DNA of 64,000 nucleotides from Vitrella brassicaformis CCMP3155. Taxonomy: Eukaryota > Protista > Chromerida. The DNA is taken from contig CDMY01000359.1 of the NCBI GenBank assembly GCA_001179505.1, positions 1 through 64,000 of the forward strand, written 5' to 3'. Below the pieces are notes generated by a model. It saw only the letters and a list, made by a program, of their open reading frames with translations, made no database searches and was not told the DNA's origin. This document shows positions 11,390 to 24,404 of this stretch, in pieces (within the stretch, counting starts at the first letter, position 1; each line of letters begins with the position of its first letter). Both the position numbers and the translations under genes were made by a program.

Positions 11390-14164
11390 ATGGCGCACTT
11401 CTACAAAATCAAACTCTGCAAGTGAGTGAGCGGACAGTCAGTAGAGTCGCAACGGGCAGCGGACACACTGAGTCAGCCAGGCTCACACACAACGGGGAGA
11501 AGCCAAGCACAGATGCACAGACGGCTGGGCATTCATCTGAGTGGCGGGAGGGCTTATTTCACTCGGGCACTCACTCTGGCTGTCTGTGTGTCCATTTGCT
11601 TGTCTGCGCAGGTTCTGGATGGAGGGGAGGTGCCAGAGAGGAGGTGGGCAGTCACTCACAAACCACACAGACAGCCACACGAGGAGGCAGGCGTGTCGGC
11701 GGGGTGTGACACTCAAGCGATCGGCACAGTCAATCACATGTTGTCTTATCGCTTGCTGTGCGTCAGAGTTTTGCACCTATGCGCACGGCGAGGAGGAAAT
11801 CAAAGATCTGCCTGATCGTAAGACCGATAGAAATCCCATTGGAGCTCGCACAGTGACATGCTCATTGCTCGTGGGTGGTCGCCTGTCTGTCTGTCTGTCC
11901 GACAGTCGAGAAGACGTCGTTGTGTCGCGATTGGATTCACAAGGGGCATTGCGCTGAGGGGGACAGATGCAGATTTGCACATGGACAGGACGTAAGCACT
12001 GACAAACATGCGCCACACACACAGGGACACTCACATCGTCGCTGTCTGTCTACTCCGGTGATGGATCGCAGGCCCTCCGTTCGACCGGCGCGTATTACAA
12101 GACAGCGTTGTGCATACTACACAAGAGGGGTCACTGCCCTGCGGGCGACAAGTGCAGACACGCACACAGCGTCGATGAGATCAGACCGCGAAAGGCCATG
12201 TAAGCCGATAGACCGCGCATCCGCTACAGACACAAAGCGCCATCCTCACCGTGTCGGTGTGTGTGTTGTCTTTGTGTTTGTGTTAATGCAGGTGGAAGCC
12301 TCAGTATGCGCCCGGCAGTGACCACCCCACCCCCCCACCGCTCGCGACGGCGGGCATGCCCCACCCGACTGCTAGAGCAGGCCCCGCCCCTCCCATCAGC
12401 ATTGTGCCCAGCGATCCCTACGCATCCATGATGCCCGCCCCCGCACCACCACCGCCAGCATCCATGGTCGGCATGGGCATGTACCCCACGCCACACACAA
12501 CCGCCACATACACCGGCGGATACGGTACGCGCACGGGCAGGGCACACATGGGTTTGTGGGCGGGAGGGCGGGTGACACAGGCAGGCACTGTGTGATTGAT
12601 TGGTGTGATTGATTGGTGTGTTGGCTCAGCTCCTGATCCGTTCTCGCCTCGTCCATCTTACTATCCTACTCACATGACAGGATACGACACCCACACTTAC
12701 ATGGTGAGGGGGGGGGATAGAAAGCACGCAGAGAGGTGGATTCGACATGGTGGTGACACGTCCATGTGTGTCTGACTGCAGCCTCCACCTATGGGCTCGA
12801 TACCGATGGACTACGGAAGAGGTACACGGGGAAAAGACGGAGAGAAACGACACCTGCGCGGACCTGACCTCTTGTCTTTGTCCGTCTGTGGATGTGTCAG
12901 CGGCCCCTTTGGTTCAGTTCTTTGGCCCCAGCCGCCCAGTTTACAGCCCACCAGCACCAGCACCCATGGCCACTTACTACCATACTAGGGTGAGCCAAGC
13001 AAGGCACACCATCAACACACCATCACCACCGTGTTGTTGTTGTCCCCCTTGCAGCCTCCCCCCTCTATGCCGCCATCGATGCCGCCGTCGATGCCGTATC
13101 CCGGCCAGGCCCCGATGAGCTATGGCGGCGCCACCAGCCAGATGCCCCCACCCCGCACCACCCTCCCCCCTCCCCCCGCTTTGGGCCACTCGCACACGCC
13201 CCAGATATCGCACACGCCCCAGATGAACCCCAGATGGCCACACCCTACACCTGGACATGGCGGAGACAGGGGCAGCCCGCCCAGAAGGTACACATACCGA
13301 GACCGAGGGAAAGCCACGACTGAACGTGAACGTGCGATGCATGTGTGTCGACGACAGGAGCGATTCTTTGCCCGAGAGTGCGGCAGTAGTTGGTACTGGT
13401 CAGCAGACGACCAGCGGGCCCCCCAGTGTGGCGGGCGTGTCGCGACCCACGTGTGTGTCGTCATCGCAGTACGTATGGGAGAGAGTTCCCACCATCACCA
13501 CATGCCCCTCAACCACGAGCTCACAAGCAGGTCGGTCGACACATACAGATGCACGTGTGCGCTTGTGTCATCTGTTGTGTGTGGTGTGCAGGTACAGTAG
13601 CAGGTGCCCGTTCTAAGGAGCCGCACAGTGGCCGACATCCCTCCACTCTGTCGATCGCCGGATCCTCACGCGCCTTCTCGCCTAGCCCATCAAGTCAGGT
13701 GTGCATAGATATCTAACCTCTCCAGGCACACACACGTGACCGTGTCGTTCCGTCCCTTGTCCTGTGCAGCATCACCCTCTTCCCCCTCCCCCCCAGTACC
13801 CAACGAGTGTCACGCCGGTAACCGCTGACGACGAATGGACACCACCCACTCCCGCATGGACATCAGGTATGTGGGCACGTGACAGCAGGCACGCGACACA
13901 TTTCTGACATCGACGCGACGCATGGTTTGTGTGTTCGATGCAGGCTCCACACACACCCAGACGGCCGATGGGTCAACCCCCGCTGCGACGCCCACAATGT
14001 CTGGGGGCGAGCGGCGGGCAGACAAGGGGGAGGAGAATGGCAACGGCACGGGCAACGGCAACGGCAACGGCAATGGCAGCGGCGCTGCTAATAATGGCAA
14101 CGGCAACGGTGCCAACGGCAGTGGCAACGAGGACAATGGCAACGGGGCGGACGACAGCGGCTGA
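11390..14164 (+). CDS. Triple CCCH zinc-finger RNA-binding protein with Pro/Met/Gly low-complexity C-terminus and (NG)n tail
   Basis: Spliced exons read MAHFYKIKLCK-FWMEGRCQRG-EFCTYAHGEEE; EKTSLCRDWIHKGHCAEGDRCRFAHG; YYKTALCILHKRGHCPAGDKCRHAH. That is three C-x8-C-x5-C-x3-H fingers with YK(T)xLC lead-ins. An upstream exon cannot be excluded. Confidence 0.87.
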
Positions 14165-14299
14165 CGAGTGGTCTAAGGTGTCTTTTGCTTGGTCTTGGTT
14201 CTTTTGTCGCCATTGTCTGACTTAGCGCGAAGTGTTGAAGGGGTCGATCCGATGGGTGGCCAACCCATTCAACTCTTGGCAGCCAGTCGGCAAGGGTTC

Positions 14300-17200
14300 G
14301 CGTCTTGGCTGCGCCTCTTCTAGTCTATCTATCTCACCAGCTCTCTCACCTTTCACTCACTGTCGTGCTCTCTGACCGACCAAGTGTCTCTCTGCTGTCT
14401 TTTCTTCTTGTCTATGTCGCGCTCTAGATGGGTCGAGGGAATGGATGCGTGGATGGGTGCATTGCAATGCATTCATGCTCCATGCTCCTTTCTTGTTTTT
14501 GAAGCCAAAACACGACGGACTCATCCCACCAGTCACGTCACGTCACGAAGGACATTTATGTACGTATGAGCACCAAGAGGGGGAGCAGCGAGCGAAGCAC
14601 ACACACACCGGGAAAGGAAAGGCAGAGGGAATCTACTCTTCTTTATCTAGCTACACCACCTAGATGGGTGAGGTGACATCTCTGTTGGTCTATGTTGTCT
14701 CGTTTTATCACAAGCTGGGGGCTGGCGCGGGTTTTTCTGTCAGCGAGTGGATATGAGATGGTCGGTGGGTCGCACGGTCGTAGAGAGGGGCACAGAAGCG
14801 CTGGCTGGCTATTTGATGGACAGACACAAGGGCACACGGGGACATGGCTGGCGTTGTGGGCCATTTACTGTACACCGTATGGCTCGCTAGGGGGCGGTAG
14901 GGGCGGCGCTTCATTGTATGAGCGGCTGGATGGCTGGTGGTGGATTTGCTGTGTGGCTGATCGACCAGTTGGTTGCTCTATACGTTTCCCCGCCATCCCC
15001 CTTCGCTACCGTGCCTCTTTTGTATCTATCGATTGATTGCTGACTGACGCATGATCTGCCTACTATGTTGTCTAATCCATAAATCTCTCTGTAAGCCTGA
15101 CAAGAGAATTCAGGCGCATGGAGGGGTCGATGGACAGACACACACAGACAGGCAGGGCAGATAAGGAGAATGATGAGACAGTGCAAAGGGGATGGATGGC
15201 TTAATCATGCGCCATTTGAGTGATGGTGGTGTCACGGTTATGGTCAGAGAGAGAGGGGAGGTATGGTCGCATGCCTGCGTGGCCCCATGAGTGTGCGCAT
15301 GTTGCTATGCTGTGTGTGCGCCATGTCTGCGTGGCCGAATGGATGGATGGATGGATGTATTGTGTGCGTTTGTGTACGTGTCAGTGTGAGTGTGTGTGGC
15401 CATACTACTGCCTTTATGTCTGTGTGTATGTATGTAGCTTCGTGTCGATTCCCTCTGTGTGCATGTGCGTGGTTTTACTATCTATTGCTTGCGCTAGCAA
15501 GGGGAGGGAGGGAGGGAGTTGGCTGTGGTGTTGCGGTCACAACACAACACAACACGCATCCACACACACGTGTTGGGGCATCGTATCGTGGGATCGGTGG
15601 GTGGGAGAGTCCATGTGCATGCTGTGAAGCCTAGCATTATCTCGTGTGCATTCCCGACATACATATTGTCGCTAGCTAGCTGGCTGTGAGTCTGTCTGCC
15701 CGGCCCCCTTCTCACCCATCCATCATCTGCCCAACCCACGCGTGTCGTATTCACTCATCCATCCCATTGATTCATCTGCCCATATCTCTCCTGTACATGG
15801 ACACTTAGCGGGGAGGGAGGGAGGGAGGGAGGGGCCACTCCACGGGCCTGGGGTATCTATCCTATCTCCCATGTATCTCTTTCCGTCCATCCATCCATCC
15901 ACATCATCGCATCTCCCGCCTCCCTTCTGTCTGTCTATCGCTTCTACTTATTGATTGTACGTACGTATCTATCCATGTAGACAGACAGATCAGATAAGTA
16001 CACTACGCTAGGTACGCCGACAATCGTCGCACGCCCAAGTGTTTGATCTTTGGTGAATCCATGACATGAGTCCATGCATCGCATCATGCCAAATAGAGCA
16101 AAGATCACTCCGGGGGCGGGGCGGGTGGGCTGGCGGGCGGGCAGAGAGGGGCGGGTATGAATTCGGAGAGAGGCCCATGCAGTGCGATTCGATGCAGCCG
16201 ATGGATGGATGGATGGATGCGTGTGTACTTTTCTATGTACACTGTACGTATTTTTCTCTCCTGATTGAATGAAAATGAAGCGGGGAGATATGTCCTTTGA
16301 TCGTTGGTAGAGTGGATGGCTCCCCCTTGTACCCCTCCCTCCCTCCCTAATTGCCTTGGTGTATTCCCCGCCCTCTCTATGCCATTGTCCCCTTTACCAC
16401 CATCCATCTCTTTCACACTCTCTCTCTCTCTCTCTCTCTGCCTTGTTCCATTTTTTCCCCCGTGCACCCTCCTCAGTTCTTTGTCAAGCTCTTCTCGCTC
16501 TCTCCCTCTAGCTCGTCTGTCTCACTACCTTCGCGTCCATGTGATGTGTGCTCTATCTGTCGGTCTATCTAACGCTCTTGCCGGCAACAAACGAATGTAA
16601 TTATGGTCCTCTCTCTCTCGCATGGGCTGTGTGTATGGTCTGCATGACATGCATCGCCTGGTCCATTTAGCGAATGGATGGAATCGATCGAAGTGTGGAT
16701 GCGTTGCGTGTGATGTGATGTGACGTGATGTGAACGTGATTTGGTTTGTGCTGTGTGTGCGTGTGTGCTACGGTTTGTGACGTATGCGTCGGTGTGTGTG
16801 CGTGTGGAAGCGATTGCTCGAAGAATATCCCTTCCTACTGTGGTGGCACGTGGTGGGTGGGTGGGTGTGTGGGGGCGGGGCTGGCTGGCTGGCTGTCTGA
16901 CATTCATCAAGTGACTGACGGACACTCACGTGCCCGGTGCTGTTCTGCACTCACGCCACCCACGGCACACCACACCGGGAAGGGACAAAGACTTACTGGC
17001 GATCGTCGTGTGTGATGTGTTACATGGATGGATGGATGGATGTGTGTGCGTGTGATCTCTGAAGTGACCTCACTGGGCTGGCTACGGCCTCTCTCTCTCT
17101 CTCTCCTCATTGCTTCTCACATCTCTCTCTCTCTCTCTCTCTCTCTCTTGCCCCCCCTCTCGGCCCGGCCCCCAATTGTTGCGGTCAGTTTCTCCCTCCC

Positions 17201-20200
17201 TCCCTCCCTGTTTTGGTCAGTGAGTGAGTGAATGAGTCAGTTGATCGAACAGCCAGTCACCGCAGTGAGGCATGTATACAATGAATGAATGAAGCGATGG
17301 ACCGATGAGATGCATCAATGCCCAACGCCCCCATATGCAATGCAATGCACGCCGCGCATGACGACGGACAGTTTTCCGCGCGGACACACATTGCNNNNNN
17401 NNNNNNNNNNNNNNNNNNNNNNNNNNNNNNNNNNNNNNNNNNNNNNNNNNNNNNNNNNNNNNNNNNNNNNNNNNNNNNNNNNNNNNNNNNNNNNNNNNNN
17501 NNNNNNNNNNNNNNNNNNNNNNNNNNNNNNNNNNNNNNNNNNNNNNNNNNNNNNNNNNNNNNNNNNNNNNNNNNNNNNNNNNNNNNNNNNNNNNNNNNNN
17601 NNNNNNNNNNNNNNNNNNNNNNNNNNNNNNNNNNNNNNNNNNNNNNNNNNNNNNNNNNNNNNNNNNNNNNNNNNNNNNNNNNNNNNNNNNNNNNGGGGGG
17701 GGGGCGGGCTGGGCATGGTTCTGTATTCTCTCTCTCTTACATGCAGGCGGGGCGGGCTAGGCATGGTTCTGTATTCTCTCTCTCTCACATGCACACACAC
17801 ACACACTTGTGACAACTTTTTTTATCATTTGCTGTTTGTGGGGCAGGGCGGGGCGAGGCGGCTGGGGGGAGGGGGAAGGGGGGGAGCAGCGTGCTGGCTG
17901 TGCGTGTGTCGATCGCTGGTTTGTTGTGTGTTGTGTGCGTGTGATGTATGTATGCCTTGTGTTGTGTGCTAAGGTGTTTTCTGTCAATCGTACTGGGTGG
18001 GGGATGCATACGGGCGCGAATGTGACTGCGCATTGGTTGGTTGTCTGTCGGTTGTCGTGTGTATGCGTTGCGATGCGTTGCGGGTGCGTGATCGACCCTT
18101 TTCCCACTCATTTATAAGAAGTGAGAGTGAGTGTCCTGCCTGCGTGAATGCAATGCGTCAATGTATGCGTGCGTGACTTCATCTGATCCATCGCTGATTG
18201 ATTGCCCCCATATGTCGTGTACACATCTTTTGTTAGCCAGGGAGGGATGGGGTTGTGACGGGACACGAGAGCATGCAGGCGGCCAGGCGCGTGCCCCACT
18301 CACCGAATGCCAATGGTGAGACAAGGGGCCCCCTGTGCGTGATGGGATTTGAAGCCGCAAGATACATCCAGCATTTGTGCGCGGGGCGGGGCATTGGATG
18401 GGGGGGGTCCGAACATTTTGTAAAAGCAAAATGGGCCCGAACAGGGAGAGAAAGGGGGAGAGGGAGAGAGAGAGAGAGGGGGAGGTGAGCGTTGCATTGC
18501 ACTCCCTTGAGTGAACTCACGTGTTGGTTGGTTGACCGACACGGAAGCGAACCCTGTAGATTTTTTTCGTGTTGCGGTGTGTGTGTTGTCCGTGCTTTGC
18601 TTTTCTCTCTCCATCAATAAATAAGGCAGACAGAGTGCGGTTTTCGCTGGTGTTAATTGGCCTTTCAATGCATTCAATGTGCGGTTCCGTTTCCTTCCCT
18701 TACTGTGTTGTAAACTGACTTGAGTGTTGTACATACCCACTAGGTAGCCACTTATGTGTATGCATACACCACGATGGATGGATGGATGGATAAAGTGTAT
18801 AACCCCATTTGCGTCTTTTGTTAGCTACTTCCTCTGACTGGTTCGCTGCTCCCCAACTCGGCTGCTCACTGTCTCGGTGCATGTCTCATGTTTCACACTC
18901 ACTCCCAGATGGACAGCCACTGGCTGGACCGGCTTGGCTTGGCTGGTTTGGCTACGCAGGCAGGAAGGCAGGACCCAACACAGCATACATTATTTGTGCG
19001 GATGTGCGGATACGGAGGCGTATTGACTACATATGTGTATCTACTACTGACTACATCACTGTGATGTGGTGTGGTGCCGTGACAGACAGGCGTTGGCCGC
19101 TGCGACCGATCGAGTGACGCTCCATCAATCATTTTTCCATCAACTCAGAGAGAGAGGAGGATGCATGAACACGACCTGACTGACACGGATCGGATACTCG
19201 CTACGGACACAGAAGTACGGGTCATGCGAACGCCACTGTAGCCGCCTCGTGATGTAGTGTGGAGAGATGGAACCTCTCGTGTCAGCCCGTGACAACGGAG
19301 CGGGCAGGACAGGTCACACTCTTCCGGCGCATTTCATGAAGCGGCCAAGGGCGATATGGCTATACGGAGTACAGATGGATGGATGGAATACGGTGCAAGG
19401 CCTACTCCTACCTGCTGCCGCTTTGGCATGTGCGTGTGTGTGTACGTGATGACTGACGTTTCGCTCTTATGTTACGTTTGTGTGTTGCCGAGAATTAGCG
19501 AGCATCGGAGGTGGGCGATAGATAAGATGGGCCCGGGGGGGCGTTATGGGGAGGGAGGGGGTCTATGATGGATGGATGGATGGATGCACAGCGTATAGCG
19601 CTTCTTCGTACGTACCCCATCTTAGCTACCTGCCTACACTTCTACGACGATAGATGGATGTATGTCTGTGGTCCGGTGTCCCTCCCCTGATGATGAGAGT
19701 TTCTTGCCGGGGAGAGGGGCACACACACGGACAGACAGACAGACAGACAGACAGCCAGACAGCCAGACAGATCGACCCCTGCCTCCCTGTAGATAGCTAC
19801 TCATACATGCGGGCCATCGACACGTCGATGCGACGCGCTCCTACTCCCTGCCTGCCTGCCTGCCTGCCTGCCTGCTTACCTACATGCCTGCCAGTCTTGT
19901 TGGCCAGTCTCACTCGTAGACGAATTCACGCGCGCACCCCTCCATAAATGAGGGTTTTGCGTGTGCGCGGGGATGACCTACTACCAGTGCCCTTCCTGCC
20001 TGCCTGCCTGCTGACCGATACTCTCAATTGACCGACTGCATATCCATCTGTTGAGTGCTTCTCGTGAGGTGAGTGTCAGAGACGATAGACAGCATGATGA
20101 TATTAACTACTCGACCAAACAAGTTAAATTCCCTGACTGTTTCCTGTCCGGGCGAGAGGTCAGAGAACAGCGAACGAGTCGTCACTGTACGTGTAGCAGC

Positions 20201-20250
20201 ACACAGCAACGACCCAAAAGCCAACCCAGCCATTGTTGGCCAGCATCGGG
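14300..20250. repeat. Microsatellite-rich non-coding interval
   Basis: Dense (GGAT)n, (CA/GT)n, (GA/CT)n, (CTGC)n and (CAGA)n runs. Only short low-complexity ORFs. A ~48-bp unit is duplicated at 17703-17795. Confidence 0.7.
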
Positions 20251-21502
20251 GGGGGGGGGNNNNNNNNNNNNNNNNNNNNNNNNNNNNNNNNNNNNNNNNN
20301 NNNNNNNNNNNNNNNNNNNNNNNNNNNNNNNNNNNNNNNNNNNNNNNNNNNNNNNNNNNNNNNNNNNNNNNNNNNNNNNNNNNNNNNNNNNNNNNNNNNN
20401 NNNNNNNNNNNNNNNNNNNNNNNNNNNNNNNNNNNNNNNNNNNNNNNNNNNNNNNNNNNNNNNNNNNNNNNNNNNNNNNNNNNNNNNNNNNNNNNNNNNN
20501 NNNNNNNNNNNNNNNNNNNNNNNNNNNNNNNNNNNNNNNNNNNNNNNNNNNNNNNNNNNTCGGGGGGGGGGGGGCCATGACGCCAGTGGGCTGTGGGCCG
20601 AGACGGAGTACTAGTAGTCTCCGAGTCTCCGCCCAGCTGTCCAGAATTCGAATGCTCCAGTCACAGATCTCAATTTCACGGAGGAAAGGATGTCAACAAC
20701 CGACAGCCCCGCCAGTGCTGCAAAGGTCAACAAGACACCCAAGCCGTGTCGGTCCACAGAGCCAGTTCTTCAAGTGGTTTGGCCTAGATCAGCAGCCATC
20801 ATCAGGAGTGAAATGAAGGCCCTGTGCACCGAACAGCCACATATGATCTGCGGCATCATTTCACCGCCTGCAAAGTGAAAAGATCCCCCGAAGTGAGCGG
20901 ATTTCGCGCAATCTGAGTCGTCTGGCCAACCTTTTGACCTTGGTCTGCCTTCTTTGGCCTTCTCTTGTCCGCAGAAAGCGAAATGCACGTGCGCCGAGAT
21001 TTTTCGCGAGGAGACGGCGACAAACCCGCAAACCCTGATTTGCGAATGAGAGACAGTTTTTCACAATTTCCGTCCGCGGTCGGCTTTCCAGCCTCATTTC
21101 ACCCACAGATCCTTCATTTCTCTTCCCTTTGAGCTGGTTTTCGGCTTGTGTGGTCCGCCTCACTCTGTTCCACCACTCCCAACTTGTCCGGACCTCATCC
21201 GCCACTTCCTTCCTCCACCGCCGTGCCCCGGGCGAGGCCTCGCCCGATAGTGTCCTGCCTTGTGTGAACCGGCCGGCGACTGCCTGGTGAGTTCCTGGCG
21301 TCAGCGTAGTGCGCGCGCCTTGCTTCTCCGTCAAACGACCTCCATCAGGTGAGCGCATAAGAGTTTGCTTTCTCGCGTCATGCCTCATGGCTGTGGTGAT
21401 GGCGTGTCGTATGGATGATCAGTGGAGATTAATGCATGGTGTGTTTCGATGCAGTGTGTGTTCTCATACGCCTCCCTTCGTCATATCTGTCCCTTTTTTA
21501 AG

Positions 21503-22194
21503 AGGTCTTTGAGGAGGGGGTTGTCGAGGAGACGGCGGCGCAGGAGACGGCAGACGAGGGAGAGGAGGGGGCCAGCGAGGAGACGCCCTTCCAGCGGGCG
21601 TGGAGGGAGACTTTTGAGACAAGCCAACGGCGCGAGCGGCTCAGGCAGCAGGTCAGCTGCACCCACAATGCCCCATTCGATTGGAAGCTCTCAACTTTCT
21701 AATGGTGTCCTGGTTGGCTTCTCAGTCCAAAAACAAGACAAAGACGTTCGAGGACCGACTGCGCGAGAGTTCCCACCGACACCTCCGCAAGGTCGCCGGC
21801 AGCGGCTACAGGAAGCCCCAGCCCAAGCTGCCCTCGGTGCCGGAGCAGACGAGAGGTGCGCTGAGACGATACGTCGAAAGACAAGCCGTGTGCCTGTCCT
21901 TCACTGTCTGCTTCTGTGTCTCTCTCAGCCAAGAAGATCGTGCTTCCAAGGAAGGCGACGCTGGACGGCACGCTGCTGCCGGGAGCGAGGCCACCTGCCC
22001 CAAAACCGTTCCTGGTGGGTGTTGCGCGCCGCCCCCTGGACGGAACATTCCCGCCTCCCACCTTCAAGCCCTATAAAAGGAGCTCCGGTGTTTCCGATGA
22101 CGAGATCTACAGGGCCACTCTCGTCACAATTGTATCATGTGTGTGATCAGGGAAAGCGAACGACGAGCGGCAGCCCAGGACGGTCCAACTTTGA
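21503..22194 (+). CDS. Family X copy 1: acidic exon + basic exon + Pro-rich exon, unknown function
   Basis: In-phase GT-AG exons: VFEEGVVEETAAQETADE...RERLRQQ / SKNKTKTFEDRLRESS...LPSVPEQTR / AKKIVLPRKATLDGTLLPG...PPPTFKPYK. True start upstream is not resolved. Confidence 0.6.
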
Positions 22195-22979
22195 GCTCTC
22201 AGTTCCCTCCACCCTCTCACTGACCACCAGCCTTTCAACCCTCCAACTTGTGGAGGAGAGAGAGGAGACGGCTGTCTCTCTCTCTGTCGCTCGCTGTGTT
22301 GCACATGTGGAGCNNNNNNNNNNNNNNNNNNNNNNNNNNNNNNNNNNNNNNNNNNNNNNNNNNNNNNNNNNNNNNNNNNNNNNNNNNNNNNNNNNNNNNN
22401 NNNNNNNNNNNNNNNNNNNNNNNNNNNNNNNNNNNNNNNNNNNNNNNNNNNNNNNNNNNNNNNNNNNNNNNNNNNNNNNNNNNNNNNNNNNNNNNNNNNN
22501 NNNNNNNNNNNNNNNNNNNNNNNNNNNNNNNNNNNNNNNNNNNNNNNNNNNNNNNNNNNNNNNNNNNNNNNNNNNNNNNNNNNNNNNNNNNNNNNNNNNN
22601 NNNNNNNNNNNNNGTTTTCGGCTTGTGTGGTCCGCCTCACTCTGTTCCACCACTCCCAACTTGTCCGGACCTCATCCGCCACTTCCTTCCTCCACCGCCG
22701 TGCCCCGGGCGAGGCCTCGCCCGATAGTGTCCTGCCTTGTGTGAACCGGCCGGCGACTGCCTGGTGAGTTCCTGGCGTCAGCGTAGTGCGCGCGCCTTGC
22801 TTCTCCGTCAAACGACCTCCATCAGGTGAGCGCATAAGAGTTTGCTTTCTCGCGTCATGCCTCATGGCTGTGGTGATGGCGTGTCGTATGGATGATCAGT
22901 GGAGATTAATGCATGGTGTGTTTCGATGCAGTGTGTGTTCTCATACGCCTCCCTTCGTCATATCTGTCCCTTTTTTAAG

Positions 22980-23674
22980 AGGTCTTTGAGGAGGGGGTTG
23001 TCGAGGAGACGGCGGCGCAGGAGACGGCAGACGAGGGAGAGGAGGGGGCCAGCGAGGAGACGCCCTTCCAGCGGGCGTGGAGGGAGACTTTTGAGACAAG
23101 CCAACGGCGCGAGCGGCTCAGGCAGCAGGTCAGCTGCACCCACAATGCCCCATTCGATTGGAAGCTCTCAACTTTCTAATGGTGTCCTGGTTGGCTTCTC
23201 AGTTCAAAAACAAGACAAAGGCGTTCGAGGACCGACTGCGCGAGAGTTCCCACCGACACCTCCGCAAGGTCGCCGGCAGCGGCTACAGGAAGCCCCAGCC
23301 CAAGCTGCCCTCGGTGCCGGAGCAGACGAGAGGTGCGCTGAGAGGATACGTCGAAAGCCAAGCCGTGTGCCTGTCCTTCACTGTCTGTTTCTGTGTCTCT
23401 CTCAGCCAAGAAGATCGTGCCCCCAAGGAAGGCGACGCTGGACGGCACGCTGCTGCCGGGAGCGAGGCCACCTGCCCCAAAACCGTTCCTGGTGGGTGTT
23501 GCGCGCCGCCCCCTGGACGGAACATTTGGCCCGCCTCCCACCTTCAAGCCCTATAAAAGGAGCTCCGGTGTTTCCGATGACGAGATCTACAGGGCCATTC
23601 TCGTCACAATTGTGTCATGTGTGTGATCAGGGAAAGCGAACGACGAGCGGCAGCCCAGGACGGTCCAACTTTGA
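22980..23674 (+). CDS. Family X copy 2
   Basis: Near-identical to copy 1; 22614 onward repeats 21137 onward. Scattered substitutions and a 3-nt insertion (GTFGPPPT). Confidence 0.6.
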
Positions 23675-23739
23675 GCTCTCAGTTCCCTCCACCCTCTCCC
23701 TGACCACCAGCCTTTCAACCCTCCAACTTGTGGAGGAGA

Positions 23740-24404
23740 GAGAGGAGGAGACGGTTAGCGAGGAGGAGCACCAGCCGGCGGCAACAGAGGGCTGCCGAAC
23801 GCCGCCCGCACGTCTGCTGCCCCGACGCAGCACCTCCAGCGGCGCCCTGGTGCTCGAGGACCCCGATGAGAGGCTGCTGGCGGAGATGCTCGAGGTGACT
23901 AGGAGAGTGGGCCAGTTCATGCAGGAGGTGAGCTGCACCGTCAACGCCACCGTTATGTTAAAAGCTTTTGACTTTCGATGGTGTCTTGGTGGCTTCTCAG
24001 TTTGCGGCCAAGGGCAAGACGTTCCGGGAGCGCCTGCAGAGGGTTCGCCACAGCCACCTCGACCAGGCGACTGGGAGCCGCCTCAGGGTGGCTTCTCGGG
24101 ACAAGAAGCCCTGTCTGCCGCCGGTGCCCGAGAAGACGCCCGGTATGCTAAGAGGATGCGTGCAGGCAGCGTTGCGCCTGGCCATCATGCATTAAGTGTC
24201 TGCTTATGTGTGTCTCTCTCAGCCAAGGAGGAGACACTGTCCAAGCAGAAGATGCTGGACGGCAAGACCCCGCTCCCATGGCGCCCACCCTTCCTCGTCG
24301 GCCTCCCCCGCCGTCCCCCTGACGGGACATTTGGCCCACCCCCGACAGTCACGCGGCCCAAGCCGCCCAAGCGGCCCAAGAAGAGATCAAGTACGTCCGA
24401 TTAG
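23740..24404 (+). CDS. Family Y copy 1 (divergent paralogue of X), 5'-truncated at a junction with the X2 tail
   Basis: Exons EEEHQPAATEG...LLAEMLEVTRRVGQFMQE / FAAKGKTFRERLQ...LPPVPEKTP / AKEETLSKQKMLDGKTPLPWRPPFLVG...KRSSTSD. Aligns with X exons 2-3 (KTFxxRL, LPxVPExT, LDG..PFLVG..RRPxDGTFxPPPT). Confidence 0.55.

Noticed and set aside
14300-20250. Short regular repeats as a CRISPR-like array or hidden ncRNA
   Set aside because: Simple di- and tetranucleotide microsatellites with no repeat-spacer periodicity. The same repeats pervade introns throughout the window.
20240-20580. Poly-G tracts on both sides of a gap (also at 17695), possible G-quadruplex element
   Set aside because: Both flanks read TCGGGGGGG..., consistent with sequencing dropout at a single homopolymer. 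No biological structure can be supported.
22899-24404. 501-aa ORF (and 21422-22744, 24830-26713) as single-exon genes
   Set aside because: They read through GT-AG introns in mixed frames or across N gaps. The spliced X/Y models are conserved between paralogues and explain the sequence better.
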